The translations under genes were made by a program, and so were the position numbers. The notes under the pieces were generated by a model, which was not told the DNA's origin, did no database searches, and saw only the letters and a list, made by a program, of their open reading frames with translations. From the NCBI GenBank assembly GCA_965230915.1, contig OZ246395.1:406284-470283 (forward strand): DNA of 64,000 nt, given 5' to 3'. Position 1 is the stretch's first letter. Every line of letters starts with the position of its first letter. This DNA comes from an uncultured Candidatus Saccharibacteria bacterium (lineage in GTDB: Bacteria; Patescibacteriota; WWE3; 2-01-FULL-39-13). This document shows positions 9,229 to 19,263 of this stretch, piece after piece.

Positions 9229-10032
9229 TTATAAGCCAAAATCCGCTTGTTCGAAATATTCAAATGTCTTTTTATCGGCCGGAGTGTGAAATTCGATATT
9301 TATTCTTGGGTCATCTAGCAATGGCACATTAAATAAGTGAAATGATAGATTTTCTTTTTTCCCGCGTGCCGGGGTTACGTAGTCAGAAAATGTATAATTA
9401 TCAATCATTTTTTCGTGGTCAATATTTTGCGTTTTGGCCCAGGCATTTCTAAACGCTTGGTTTGGCAAAAGTTTTTTTATTAGATTGTTAACATTTTCTT
9501 CCCCACCTATTCTTTTTTGGTCAATACGATATTGTGTTAAGGCTAGTATCAATTCATTTTCGGGGCCATTCGAATCGGTTGCATATTTATTTAGGGGATA
9601 TTCTTCGCTAAACACAAGTTCAAAAATATTCGGAGTATTTTTTTCAACTTCTTTTGCCTGGGAGTCATTTTCATAATAAATATATTTGCAGATTTTATTT
9701 TCGTGGATGATTCTCCAAGAAAGGTCATATGCCGTAGCAGGATACTTCCAGCCGTTTAAAAGGTGATCTATATTTGCCCGAATTTTGATAAGTTCGTTTT
9801 TATCTGGTAAGTAATTTCCGGCAAGTAAAATTTCATTTTTCTCTCGCAAGGTTAAAGCGAGTATTTCTGATAGTTTTTCGATTACATCGCGCGCGGGTTT
9901 TTCTACAACGCTTTGTTCAATTCGGCTTAATATCGAGCCGTCCTTCCATCCCATGGCTGCGGCTATTTCTAATTGAGATAAATTTTTTTGTAAACGAAAA
10001 TCTTTTATTAATCCGCCCAAAGTACTTGTCAT
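9229..10032 (-). CDS. XRE-family HTH transcriptional regulator with an uncharacterised C-terminal domain of about 200 aa
   Basis: The N-terminal LSQLEIAAAMGWKDGSILSRIE is a Cro/C1-type helix-turn-helix. Confidence 0.6.
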   Translation of the reverse strand: MTSTLGGLIKDFRLQKNLSQLEIAAAMGWKDGSILSRIEQSVVEKPARDVIEKLSEILALTLREKNEILLAGNYLPDKNELIKIRANIDHLLNGWKYPATAYDLSWRIIHENKICKYIYYENDSQAKEVEKNTPNIFELVFSEEYPLNKYATDSNGPENELILALTQYRIDQKRIGGEENVNNLIKKLLPNQAFRNAWAKTQNIDHEKMIDNYTFSDYVTPARGKKENLSFHLFNVPLLDDPRINIEFHTPADKKTFEYFEQADFGL

Positions 10033-10047
10033 ATAAAATCATTTTAC

Positions 10048-10284
10048 ATGACGCAAGTATTTGACTCAAGAAAAAGATTTGTGTTAGATTGCAATTATAT
10101 GCCAACAATAGTGGTAGATGAATCAAAACAAGAATTTTTTTATTACCTTCGGCGTTTGTTTAAAAAACTTGATAAGAAAGTTGATCCGCTTCGGGATTAC
10201 AGCACCTACGAAATTTTTATTATTAAATCCACTTCAAAAACAAAAAAAGTAAAAGTTTATGGAGCTCTTATAACAGCAAAATAG
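10048..10284 (+). CDS. small hypothetical protein (78 aa), divergent from the HTH regulator
   Basis: ORF only. Confidence 0.25.
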   Translation: MTQVFDSRKRFVLDCNYMPTIVVDESKQEFFYYLRRLFKKLDKKVDPLRDYSTYEIFIIKSTSKTKKVKVYGALITAK

Positions 10285-10399
10285 TTAATTGTATTTTGCC
10301 TTCTTTATTGCATGAAGTACTGCGAAATAATTTTTAAATAAGCGCGTTTTAGTGAGACTTCTCTTATGCTATCATTCATCCAGAGATTTAATTCTGCCC

Positions 10400-11524
10400 A
10401 TGCCGCAAACTGTTTTAGGCCTCGACATAGGAAGTAGCCATTTAAAGGCTATATACGTTGATAAAAGCACTAACCCCAATAAATTATTGAGGTATGCGAT
10501 GGTACCCTCAGCCAACCTCGGTGAAAAAGTTTTTTCGGGAACAGAACAAGACGCAGAAGATGCATCAGCATTTATAAGAGAATTTTTGCACGATGCAGGC
10601 TTTCCAAGTACCGGCCAAGTTGTTGCTGTTTTACCTGAAACCAAAGTCTTTAGCAAAGTTATAAGTATGCCAATGCTTAAAGGTAAAGAATTTGAAGAAG
10701 CAATTAAGTGGGAAGCCGAACAACATATTCCAAATCCGATATCAGAAGTTTATTTAAAATATACGCTTTTAAAAGAAGATGAAACTAAAAAAGCTCCAGC
10801 TAAAGATTTGCTCGATGTCGTTCGCGGCAAAGTAACGGGCAACGACACTGAAGAATTCGGTACTATGGAAGTTCTATTGGTTGCGGCGCCAAAAACTTTA
10901 GTAGATCGATATATGAAAATATTTTCCAGGGCCGGTCTTGAAACTTTAGGACTTGAGCCAATTTCAATTTCAGTTATAAGATCAACTGCTACGGCTAAAG
11001 AACTTGCTGTTCCATCTATAATAGTAAATCTGGGTCAAACTAGTATTGATTTCTATTTTTCACTCGAAAACAATTTAAGATTTGTTAATACCACTAGTTT
11101 TGGAATATCCAGTGTAATAAAAGCAATCGAAAAAGAATTAAATATTTCACCTATACAAGCCGGTGAATACTTATTTACTTACGGATTTCGCGAAGGTGAA
11201 TTAGGCGGAAAAATAAAACAAGTTATCACACCTGTATTTTCTTTAATTGCAGATGAATTAAGAAAAACTCAAAAATATGTAGAAAATCGCTCTCAATATT
11301 TTTCTGAAAATGATTATGGCGGAATTCGCCGTGTAGTTTTAACCGGTGGCGGAGCTTTAGTTCCAGATTTAATGTATTACATGGCTTCTGAAGTAAAGCC
11401 GGAAGTTCAATATGCTAATCCGTGGAAATTAGTGGATATGTCAGGAATTACAGAACAAGCTAGGAAACAATTAGAAACATTAGGACCGCTTTTTGCGCCA
11501 GCCGTTGGAGCTGCCATTAAGTGA
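10400..11524 (+). CDS. pilM: type IV pilus assembly ATPase-fold protein PilM
   Basis: The actin-like N-terminus LGLDIGSSHLKAIYV matches PilM. The in-frame ATG at 10400 is preferred over the track start at 10352. Confidence 0.8.
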   Translation: MPQTVLGLDIGSSHLKAIYVDKSTNPNKLLRYAMVPSANLGEKVFSGTEQDAEDASAFIREFLHDAGFPSTGQVVAVLPETKVFSKVISMPMLKGKEFEEAIKWEAEQHIPNPISEVYLKYTLLKEDETKKAPAKDLLDVVRGKVTGNDTEEFGTMEVLLVAAPKTLVDRYMKIFSRAGLETLGLEPISISVIRSTATAKELAVPSIIVNLGQTSIDFYFSLENNLRFVNTTSFGISSVIKAIEKELNISPIQAGEYLFTYGFREGELGGKIKQVITPVFSLIADELRKTQKYVENRSQYFSENDYGGIRRVVLTGGGALVPDLMYYMASEVKPEVQYANPWKLVDMSGITEQARKQLETLGPLFAPAVGAAIK

Positions 11525-11565
11525 TCTTTGCTTAGCAGTTTAATTTATGTACAATATTAGTAACC

Positions 11566-12141
11566 ATGCCCAATGCTTTTAGTGATGTAAACTTCATTCC
11601 CGATGAAGTCGTTTCAGACAGAAAACGCAATTCTCAAGTAAAGAGCCTTAATAAACTAGCCGTTGGTGCAATGATATTAGCATTGATAGTTGGCGGCGGA
11701 CTTTTTGGTTATAACCTTTATACAAAAAATAAAATCACAACTTTAAAAACTGATGTTACAAAGAAGCAATCTGAGATTCAGGAATTGAATGAATTTGCTA
11801 AAGATGGTTATAAACTTGGTCTTAGGTTATCTAGCGTAAAAACTATTCTAAGTGAAAGGCCTTATTACGGAAAAATTGTTGAAGAACTTTATAATCAAGT
11901 TCCAGAAGGTGTCGGTATAAAAGATATTCAGGTAGATGATGAAGGAAGTGTTATTTTGACCGGGATCGCTGTTCCAAATTATATTCCAATAGCTACTTTT
12001 CAAGATAATTTAAAAGCTTCTGATAGCCAGTATTTTACAAAAATAAGATTAAGATCAGCAGCTCTAGAAAAGACAACTGGAAGTGTATCTTTTACATTAG
12101 AATTCGTAATTGATTTAACAAAAGTCCATGAGCCTATCTGA
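11566..12141 (+). CDS. pilN: type IV pilus assembly protein PilN
   Basis: It has a single N-terminal TM helix, a periplasmic domain, and lies downstream of pilM. Confidence 0.7.
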   Translation: MPNAFSDVNFIPDEVVSDRKRNSQVKSLNKLAVGAMILALIVGGGLFGYNLYTKNKITTLKTDVTKKQSEIQELNEFAKDGYKLGLRLSSVKTILSERPYYGKIVEELYNQVPEGVGIKDIQVDDEGSVILTGIAVPNYIPIATFQDNLKASDSQYFTKIRLRSAALEKTTGSVSFTLEFVIDLTKVHEPI

Positions 12142-13081
12142 AACAGTTGAGGAAACAATTGAAAAACTAAAACCACATCACCAGGAAGCTCAACCTGCCC
12201 CTGCTCCGTCAGTTCAGGCTGAAGCTTTACAAACTAATGAAGCAAGTAAATCTTCGTTTAGTATGGATGATTTAAAGGATTACATTGTGATAATAGTCTG
12301 TACTGCAATATGTTTAGCTGCAGTATTTTTATTAATAATTCCACAATACGAACAAATTTCCACAGTTAGTTCAGAATACACTTCAGTTCAAACCGAGCTT
12401 GGTGAACTTACAAAACAAGGTGAATACTTACAGAGCCTAGTTGGATTAAAAGACGAACTTGAAAAGAAAATTGAGCTTGCTTATCAGGCTTTGCCAAGTA
12501 ACGAAGAGAAGGTTCCATATACACTCGACCAAATTGTTCAAATTGCGGATAAAAGCGGAGTTTCTGTTGATACATTAAGTTTGAGTGGAATAACTGACCC
12601 TGAACAAGGTTCGGCTGATAACTTAAGAACCGTTATGATTCAATTAAGCGTCACCGGTCCACACGATAGTATCCAAGCTTTTATTTATAGCCTAGAAAAG
12701 GCTCGAACGATTGTTGATGTTTCAAATTTCCAAATTTCAAATCAAGAAACAAGTGATACAACAACAACTGATAGCGGAGAAATTATAACTACAACAACGA
12801 CTCAAGAAGAAGCTACCATGTCTTTAAGAGCATATTTAAAGCCTGAGGCTGAATCTGAAAATGTAGATTTATCAGCATTAGCTAATTCACCAAATTACGA
12901 TAAAGTAATTGAGAAGCTAAACAGCATGGATTTTTATGAAACGAAGCCGACTGACATTGAATTTGGAAGACCTGATCCTTTCGGTGTGGGTGAATCTACT
13001 TCAAGTGCTCAAGAGGAAAATCAGACAGAAACCAATCAAACTGACAATGAGGACGACGATTCTAGCGGATTCAGTAATTAA
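12128..13081 (+). CDS. pilO: PilO-like pilus assembly protein with a T-rich low-complexity segment and an acidic C-terminus
   Basis: It has a TM helix (IVIIVCTAICLAAVFLLII) and sits in the position expected for the third gene of a pilMNO module. Confidence 0.55.
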   Translation: MSLSETVEETIEKLKPHHQEAQPAPAPSVQAEALQTNEASKSSFSMDDLKDYIVIIVCTAICLAAVFLLIIPQYEQISTVSSEYTSVQTELGELTKQGEYLQSLVGLKDELEKKIELAYQALPSNEEKVPYTLDQIVQIADKSGVSVDTLSLSGITDPEQGSADNLRTVMIQLSVTGPHDSIQAFIYSLEKARTIVDVSNFQISNQETSDTTTTDSGEIITTTTTQEEATMSLRAYLKPEAESENVDLSALANSPNYDKVIEKLNSMDFYETKPTDIEFGRPDPFGVGESTSSAQEENQTETNQTDNEDDDSSGFSN

Positions 13082-13104
13082 ATTGAATTAAGCGGGAAAT
13101 AAGT

Positions 13105-13383
13105 TTATTCCGAAACTTCTTCTAATTTGTGCTCTGGGGTCCCAGCAACTCTAACATCTACGTAAGATTTCTCTTTTATAGCTTTAACTTTAGCAATAGA
13201 TCTGATACTTCTTATAGTTTGACCCTTTTTGCCTATTACGGCTCCTATGTCTTGGGAATTTAAGTTGATTGTATAAACTTCTAAAGTATTGCCGCTAGGA
13301 ATAGTCTCCTCTGATCTTTCGATACTAACATCATCGGGATTAGCTACTATATTTTTAACAATATATTCTAAAAGTAATTGCAT
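13105..13383 (-). CDS. KH-domain RNA-binding protein (YlqC/UPF0109)
   Basis: It contains the GxxG KH motif AVIGKKGQTIRSIR and lies downstream of rpsP. Confidence 0.85.
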   Translation of the reverse strand: MQLLLEYIVKNIVANPDDVSIERSEETIPSGNTLEVYTINLNSQDIGAVIGKKGQTIRSIRSIAKVKAIKEKSYVDVRVAGTPEHKLEEVSE

Positions 13384-13388
13384 AAGTT

Positions 13389-13727
13389 TTATTCTGAAGC
13401 TGCTTCTGTGGTTTCTGCTGCTTCTGTTGGTGTTTCAGTTTCAGCTGCTACTTCAGCGACTTCTTCTTTAGCGTTTGGGTCATACTTTTTAAATTTGTAT
13501 GTTCCAGCGACTAATTTTGTAATAGCTTCGCTTGGTTGTGCTCCTACTGATAGCCAGTAATCGTATCTATCTTGCTTTAATACTACTTTATCAGGGTTTT
13601 CTGTTGGATTATAGTGTCCAATCAATTCGATATATTGGCCGTCTCTTTTGGCTTTTCTATCGTTGACCACTATCCTATATGCTGGAGCATTTTTTCTGCC
13701 AGCTCTTGTTAATCTAATTCTTACCAT
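13389..13727 (-). CDS. rpsP: 30S ribosomal protein S16 with an acidic C-terminal extension
   Basis: The N-terminus MVRIRLTRAGRKNAPAYRIVV matches S16. Confidence 0.9.
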   Translation of the reverse strand: MVRIRLTRAGRKNAPAYRIVVNDRKAKRDGQYIELIGHYNPTENPDKVVLKQDRYDYWLSVGAQPSEAITKLVAGTYKFKKYDPNAKEEVAEVAAETETPTEAAETTEAASE

Positions 13728-13771
13728 GGGGAATATTATAAGATATATCTAATTTATTGTCATCATCAAAT

Positions 13772-14503
13772 TTACGATAATAACGACATTTTGGGCCCTT
13801 CTCCTGACTCTTCTTTTTCTATAGCTGCCTGCGCGGCTGATTGCTGGGCTTTGCGTTTGCTTGCTCCCGTTCCAAAAGCTATTAGTTGATTGTCTAAATA
13901 TACGCCAACTTTAAAGGTTTTTTGATGGTCTGGGCCTTCGTCGTCGAGAACTTTATATGTAGGCGTTATGCCATATTTCTCTTGGGCGATCTCTTGGTAA
14001 AGGCTTTTTGAGTCTTTTAGCTCCCCTTCTTCTAGTATCTGAGGAATCTTGTAGTAGAGCTGTTTGCTTAGGTATTTTCGGCATAATTCGATATCTTTCG
14101 AGTCGAGGTATATTGCGCCGAGTAAAGCTTCGAATGTGTCGGCCAAAATATAGCTGCTTTCGGCTGCGGTTTCTCGTTCGCCTTTTGAGATCATTAGGTA
14201 ATCGCTTAAATTTAGGCGTGAGGCCTCCTGTGCGAGTGATTCAGTGTTCACAATTCTCGATCTGAGGTTTGTTAGGTTTCCTTCGGTATAGTCGCTGTAA
14301 TGCTCGTATATGTGCTCTGAGGTTAGGAATTGAAGCACGGCATCGCCTAAGAATTCTAAACGTTCATTTGATGATGTGACTCCGGTATTATTTTCGTTTA
14401 AATAAGACCTATGTATAAAGGCCTGTCTTAGAATATTTTGGTCTTTGAATTTGATTTTGATAGCCTTTTCTAGGCTTTCGTGGTTGAAATCGGCAGAGCT
14501 CAT
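13772..14503 (-). CDS. rnc: ribonuclease III
   Basis: It has the ERLEFLGDAVL signature and a C-terminal dsRBD. Confidence 0.9.
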   Translation of the reverse strand: MSSADFNHESLEKAIKIKFKDQNILRQAFIHRSYLNENNTGVTSSNERLEFLGDAVLQFLTSEHIYEHYSDYTEGNLTNLRSRIVNTESLAQEASRLNLSDYLMISKGERETAAESSYILADTFEALLGAIYLDSKDIELCRKYLSKQLYYKIPQILEEGELKDSKSLYQEIAQEKYGITPTYKVLDDEGPDHQKTFKVGVYLDNQLIAFGTGASKRKAQQSAAQAAIEKEESGEGPKMSLLS

Positions 14504-14925
14504 AAATCTTTAACAACACCTGCTAGTATACCATTTATAAATTTAGGAGACTCGGTTTCTCCGAATTCTTTGGCCAGTTCGACGGATTCATCTATAACTA
14601 CTTTCATTGGAGTTTGGCCGAATTTTATCTCCCAGATAGCGCTATAAAGAATGGATAGGTCGATCTTATAGATTTTATCGATTGCCCAATCGATCGAATT
14701 TTTAAGGATAATTTCACGGATTTCAGCTTTGTGAGCATTGACTCCACTTAATATGGATAAAAGCATATCTTTATCATATCGGTCGATTTCTAAGCCTTCT
14801 TTTGAGGTCTCAACAATTTCATCTGTAGGAACAATTAAAGCTGTAGGATTAGATACTTCTGAGGAATATATGATGCTTATAGCTAAACGCCTGGCTTGGT
14901 GCCTAGGATCATTTGATGTTTTCAT
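14500..14925 (-). CDS. nusB: transcription antitermination factor NusB
   Basis: It is 141 aa with the NusB helical pattern RHQARRLAISIIY. Confidence 0.85.
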   Translation of the reverse strand: MKTSNDPRHQARRLAISIIYSSEVSNPTALIVPTDEIVETSKEGLEIDRYDKDMLLSILSGVNAHKAEIREIILKNSIDWAIDKIYKIDLSILYSAIWEIKFGQTPMKVVIDESVELAKEFGETESPKFINGILAGVVKDL

Positions 14926-15000
14926 CTATAGATTTAGGCGGTGAGGTTGTCAGCGCCAGAATTATTTATTAGACGCGAATTCTTCGATTTCGCTACCAAC

Positions 15001-15156
15001 TTATTTGTTGTAAGTGCCACACTTTTTACAGATAGTGTGATGCTTTGTTTGTGCTCCACATTTGCTGCAAGCAACGCTAGTTGCGCTTATAGCTTTATGA
15101 TGTGATCTTCGCTGATCTCTTCTTGATTTTGAGGTTCTCTTCTTTGGTACACCCAT
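15001..15156 (-). CDS. rpmF: 50S ribosomal protein L32 (51 aa), not in the ORF track
   Basis: The reverse-strand translation reads MGVPKKRTSKSRRDQRRSHHKAISATSVACSKCGAQTKHHTICKKCGTYNK. This has the L32 N-terminus and a CxxC...CxxC zinc knuckle. Confidence 0.8.
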   Translation of the reverse strand: MGVPKKRTSKSRRDQRRSHHKAISATSVACSKCGAQTKHHTICKKCGTYNK

Positions 15157-15169
15157 GTCGGTAAGTTTA

Positions 15170-15739
15170 TTATACTATAGTTATAAAATCAACAGTCGTG
15201 ACGCCATATTCTCGCGAATCGACGACTTTTAGGGCTGGATTCGTTTCGGCTAAGTTGATTTCACTATCCGTGGCGTGAAAATAGACTATTATTCCATCCT
15301 TTTTAATAAGATCATGAATATATTTTAAGGCGTGTTTTACAGGAAGTTCATATGGAGGATCCCAGAAAACGATGTCGTATCGATTTGAATCGTTGGCTAT
15401 AAAACGAGTCATATCACTTTTTATCAACTTGGCTATATCGGTTTCATGAAATTTGTTTGGATTTGCTTCTAGTCCTAAAACTGACTTTATGTTGTCTTTT
15501 ATAGCGGCTACAGCATCAAAATCTTCCTCTACGAATGTGGCATTTTTAGCACCACGGCTTATGGCTTCAAGGCCAAGATTTCCGGTTCCAGCGCATATAT
15601 CGATAACTTCAGAATTGTTAATTTTATCGTCTAACATCGAAAATACAGCCAATTTAACCCTTTCACGTACGGGGCTAGCTGATTTTGGCACTTTTAATTT
15701 CTTGTTTTTATATTGACCGGCGGAGATTCTTAGTTCCAT
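15170..15739 (-). CDS. rsmD: 16S rRNA (guanine966-N2)-methyltransferase
   Basis: It has a SAM-binding site (DICAGTGNLGLEA) and a DPPY motif. Confidence 0.85.
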   Translation of the reverse strand: MELRISAGQYKNKKLKVPKSASPVRERVKLAVFSMLDDKINNSEVIDICAGTGNLGLEAISRGAKNATFVEEDFDAVAAIKDNIKSVLGLEANPNKFHETDIAKLIKSDMTRFIANDSNRYDIVFWDPPYELPVKHALKYIHDLIKKDGIIVYFHATDSEINLAETNPALKVVDSREYGVTTVDFITIV

Positions 15740-15756
15740 TGGTCGCTATTATAGCT

Positions 15757-17784
15757 TTAATTCTCCTCCACATATAGCCGTTTTTTGAGTTTTTCAGCTA
15801 TTTCAGGGTAATCATTAATTTGGCTAAATACTTCTGTGGCAGTTTCCTTTGTTTCTTTAACCAGCTCAATATCAGTAATATTTGCCGCTTTTAGGTTGCC
15901 AAAGCCACTTTGGTTGGTTCCATAAATATCTCCGGGGCCACGAATTTCCAGATCGATTTCGGCCAATTTGTTACCGTTATGTATTGTTTCCATGTATTTG
16001 AGGCGTTGAATTGATTGCCCTGAATTTGTAGAGGTCATAAGTAAGCAAAATCCTTCTTCGTTACCACGACCGACTCTTCCCCTTAATTGATGAAGCGACG
16101 CGAGTCCAAAGCGTTCGGGGGTTTCGATCAAAATGATATTTGCGTTTGGAATATCTACTCCAACTTCGATAACAGGAGTTGTAACTAAAATATCTATTTT
16201 ATGGTCGAGCATTTGTTTTATAACTTTATCTTTTTCATCGCTTTTTAAACGACCGTGCATTAATCCCAATTTTAAATTTGGAAATATTTTTTTTAGTTTT
16301 TCGAATTCAATTTCAGCCGCTTTTACATTTTGAAATTGTTCATTCTCTGATTCTTCTATAAACGGACATACGACAAAAACTTGAGTACGTTTTGTTAAAA
16401 CTTGTTCTTCGATCCATTGATACGCCCCTCGTCGTTTTTGTTCGCTAACTAACCATGTTTTAACGCCTTTTCTATTTTTAGGAATTTCATCGATGACAGA
16501 TAAATCGAGATCTCCATAAAAAGTTAAAGCTAAACTTCTAGGAATCGGTGTTGCGGTCATTGTTAACAAGTTCGGAAGTGTATCGACAAGGTTGCCCTTT
16601 TTTGTGTAGTGGTCGACAACAATGGTTCGCTGTTCTACGCCAAATTTGTGTTGTTCATCGACGATAATTAATCCGATGTCGTTAAAACTTTCTAGGTTGT
16701 GCAAAATTGCGTGTGTTGCAACGACAACATACGGAGCCTTTAAATTTTTAGGTTTATCTTTACCTGTTAAAAGAACGGTCGAAATATTAAATTGTCCTAA
16801 AACTTTTTGAAGAGTTTTATAATGTTGTTCAGCCAAAATTTGTGTCGGAGCAATTATTATTGAATTAAAATTTGATTCTGCAGCGGCTAAAATTGCACCA
16901 GCGGCAACAACTGTTTTTCCGCTACCGACATCGCCTTGCAATAAACGATTCATGGGAGATTGTTCGTTAAGGTCGTTTAGTATTTCATTTAACGATCTTT
17001 CTTGTGCGCCGGTTAATTCGAATGGAAGATTTTTCTTGAACTCCCCTAGCCTTTTATCTGAAATTTTTATTATGTGACTATTTTTCTTTTGACTCCATCT
17101 GTTTCGAATATATAAACCATGTAAATGTAAAAATAATAATTCTTCAAACGCCAAACGTCTTTTTGCATTTGGAATTTCATCGAGGTTTTCAGGATTATGC
17201 AAAATGTTTAATGAATGTTTGAAATCTAAAAGTTTATGTTTCTGTAATATTTCTTCTTTTAGTGAATCGTTAATTTCATATTTTGCTAAAACTGCTTGAA
17301 TTTTTGTGCGTAAAAAATTATTTGATACACCATTTGTAGTTGAATACATTGGTATGTATTTTTCATTTTCATCATCTGAAAATAATTCCCATTCGGGGCT
17401 TATGAACTGTGGCTTCTTTGAATCGTTACTAAGCTGACCATATAATTTTACGGTTGATCCGACAGGTATAGATTTCTTAAGATAAATTTGATTGAACCAC
17501 ATGGCTTCTAATTTACCTGTTTCATCGCTAAAAACACCTTTTGTTAATTTTTTGCCGTAGCGTGTAAAAACATTGTCGATTTTTTCACAAGTCACGATTA
17601 CAACAGCCTTTTCGTTAGCAACTAGTTCAGATATTTTTTTTATATTGCTTCGGTCTTCGTATCTAAATGGAATATGCCACAATAAATCTTCTACAGTTTT
17701 AATATCTAATTTTTCAAGAAGAATTTTATATTTATTGCCTATACCAGAAATTTCTGTGACCGAATCGGTTAATTTCATACTCAC
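15757..17784 (-). CDS. recG: ATP-dependent DNA helicase RecG
   Basis: It has a wedge domain, a Walker A (GDVGSGKT), a DEQH box and a helicase C-terminal domain. It is 675 aa. Confidence 0.95.
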   Translation of the reverse strand: MSMKLTDSVTEISGIGNKYKILLEKLDIKTVEDLLWHIPFRYEDRSNIKKISELVANEKAVVIVTCEKIDNVFTRYGKKLTKGVFSDETGKLEAMWFNQIYLKKSIPVGSTVKLYGQLSNDSKKPQFISPEWELFSDDENEKYIPMYSTTNGVSNNFLRTKIQAVLAKYEINDSLKEEILQKHKLLDFKHSLNILHNPENLDEIPNAKRRLAFEELLFLHLHGLYIRNRWSQKKNSHIIKISDKRLGEFKKNLPFELTGAQERSLNEILNDLNEQSPMNRLLQGDVGSGKTVVAAGAILAAAESNFNSIIIAPTQILAEQHYKTLQKVLGQFNISTVLLTGKDKPKNLKAPYVVVATHAILHNLESFNDIGLIIVDEQHKFGVEQRTIVVDHYTKKGNLVDTLPNLLTMTATPIPRSLALTFYGDLDLSVIDEIPKNRKGVKTWLVSEQKRRGAYQWIEEQVLTKRTQVFVVCPFIEESENEQFQNVKAAEIEFEKLKKIFPNLKLGLMHGRLKSDEKDKVIKQMLDHKIDILVTTPVIEVGVDIPNANIILIETPERFGLASLHQLRGRVGRGNEEGFCLLMTSTNSGQSIQRLKYMETIHNGNKLAEIDLEIRGPGDIYGTNQSGFGNLKAANITDIELVKETKETATEVFSQINDYPEIAEKLKKRLYVEEN

Positions 17785-17925
17785 AGAATATCAGATTTTT
17801 TAGGTTACATTATAAAAGGAAGAATTGTGGACATGACAATTGATGCAATGATAATAACAACAAGAGTCATTTTTATTACTTTTTCATTTTTATGAAAGAA
17901 TCTGTTCATATTGGTATTTTATCAC

Positions 17926-19224
17926 CTACTCGCACACAACTACTTTTGATTTCACATAACTTACTACGGGCGGTTTTCCTTCAACTTTTTTCATATCTTT
18001 AATCGCAGTAAATTGTGGGTATGGAGTACTTCCTTTTGTAATCCAACTAAAATGATCGTGTGGAGGATTGTACCTAATTGTAAATGGAGTTACTGCAACA
18101 ACTTTATCATCTTTTAGCCAAACATCTTCAAATGCAATTCGATAATAATCTGCCGCTTGATATTGATTTAACGGATAGTTGCCTCCCATTGATCCGTCTT
18201 CGGATTCGGTTTCACGGTGAGCCCACCCTGTTTCAGTAATAAAAACTGGCAATTTTGAAGTATCGATTCCAAATCGGCGCTTTAATATCGATAATTCCCA
18301 ATCGTATGCACGAATGCTATCTCGCCCAGTTGCATATGGAGACCCCGCAAAATTTGGTTGAGGATAAGGGTGCGATGCCCATCCGTCTAATTTTTCAAAA
18401 ATACCTGGAACTTCAGAATTCATGCGAATCAAAAAGCTTTCTTCATCTAGGTAGTCTCCTCCAGTTCGTGCTGATGCATTAAACGCGCCATTCATCATAA
18501 AAAACTCTTCGTTTAAATTATTGAACGCATCTATTGTTTCATCTAAAACTTCAGCATATTCTTCTGGGTTAACATCACCTTTCCAAAATTTTGCATCATT
18601 TACTTCGTTGTAAACTGAAATATAACGATTTTTTATTGGCCACTGCAGACTGTTTAAAAATTTTGCCGAATCTTTTATTTGTTCTTCTCGCTTTTCTTTG
18701 TGTTCGAGATCGAGATCCCATAGCTGAACAATCGGAATTAAATGCGCTTCACTTAAATTTTGAAATAATTTGCCCCATCTATCTGTATCTCGATCTTTTA
18801 CATTATATGGAACTAAAACGTATCCCCAGTCTCCACCATTTGAATTTGCAAGTTCTGCTGCAACATTTGTGAATTCTTCGACCTCGGCATAAATATATAA
18901 TCCGACTTTATTGTTTTGGTATCCGATAATATCCTGAACATCGTCTTCGCGACTTGGCTCAGAGACAACTTTTTGAACAAGATCTTTATATTCGCAAACC
19001 TGTTCCTTATTATCTATTGGAATGGCCGCTTGTTGATTGTAGTCTTCTTTTCCGAAATTTTTTACGATTATTGTAGAAACTCTAATTGAATCATAAGTGA
19101 AGAATAATAATAGGAGTGAGACTATTAATAATATGATCCACCCTATTCTGGTTTTTGGTTTTTTTCTTTTTATATTAGTTATATTTATACGTCGCCTTAT
19201 CAGTGTGACGGTTCTTTTGATCAT
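17926..19224 (-). CDS. membrane-anchored clan GH-A glycoside hydrolase, GH17-like (beta-1,3-glucanase/transglycosylase-like)
   Basis: It has an N-terminal TM helix, YNEVND (NE acid/base) and VFITETGW. The last matches 9 of 13 positions of the GH17 signature ...[STAG]-E-[ST]-G-W-P. Confidence 0.55.
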   Translation of the reverse strand: MIKRTVTLIRRRINITNIKRKKPKTRIGWIILLIVSLLLLFFTYDSIRVSTIIVKNFGKEDYNQQAAIPIDNKEQVCEYKDLVQKVVSEPSREDDVQDIIGYQNNKVGLYIYAEVEEFTNVAAELANSNGGDWGYVLVPYNVKDRDTDRWGKLFQNLSEAHLIPIVQLWDLDLEHKEKREEQIKDSAKFLNSLQWPIKNRYISVYNEVNDAKFWKGDVNPEEYAEVLDETIDAFNNLNEEFFMMNGAFNASARTGGDYLDEESFLIRMNSEVPGIFEKLDGWASHPYPQPNFAGSPYATGRDSIRAYDWELSILKRRFGIDTSKLPVFITETGWAHRETESEDGSMGGNYPLNQYQAADYYRIAFEDVWLKDDKVVAVTPFTIRYNPPHDHFSWITKGSTPYPQFTAIKDMKKVEGKPPVVSYVKSKVVVCE

Positions 19225-19263
19225 GACGGTAATATTTTACCAGAGAATGAGAGATTAAAGGCT

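Noticed and set aside
17806-17910. 34-codon hydrophobic ORF (MNRFFHKNEKVIKMTLVVIIIASIVMSTILPFIM) on the minus strand between recG and the GH17-like gene
   Set aside because: It is plausible as a small membrane peptide, but there is no evidence for it beyond the ORF.
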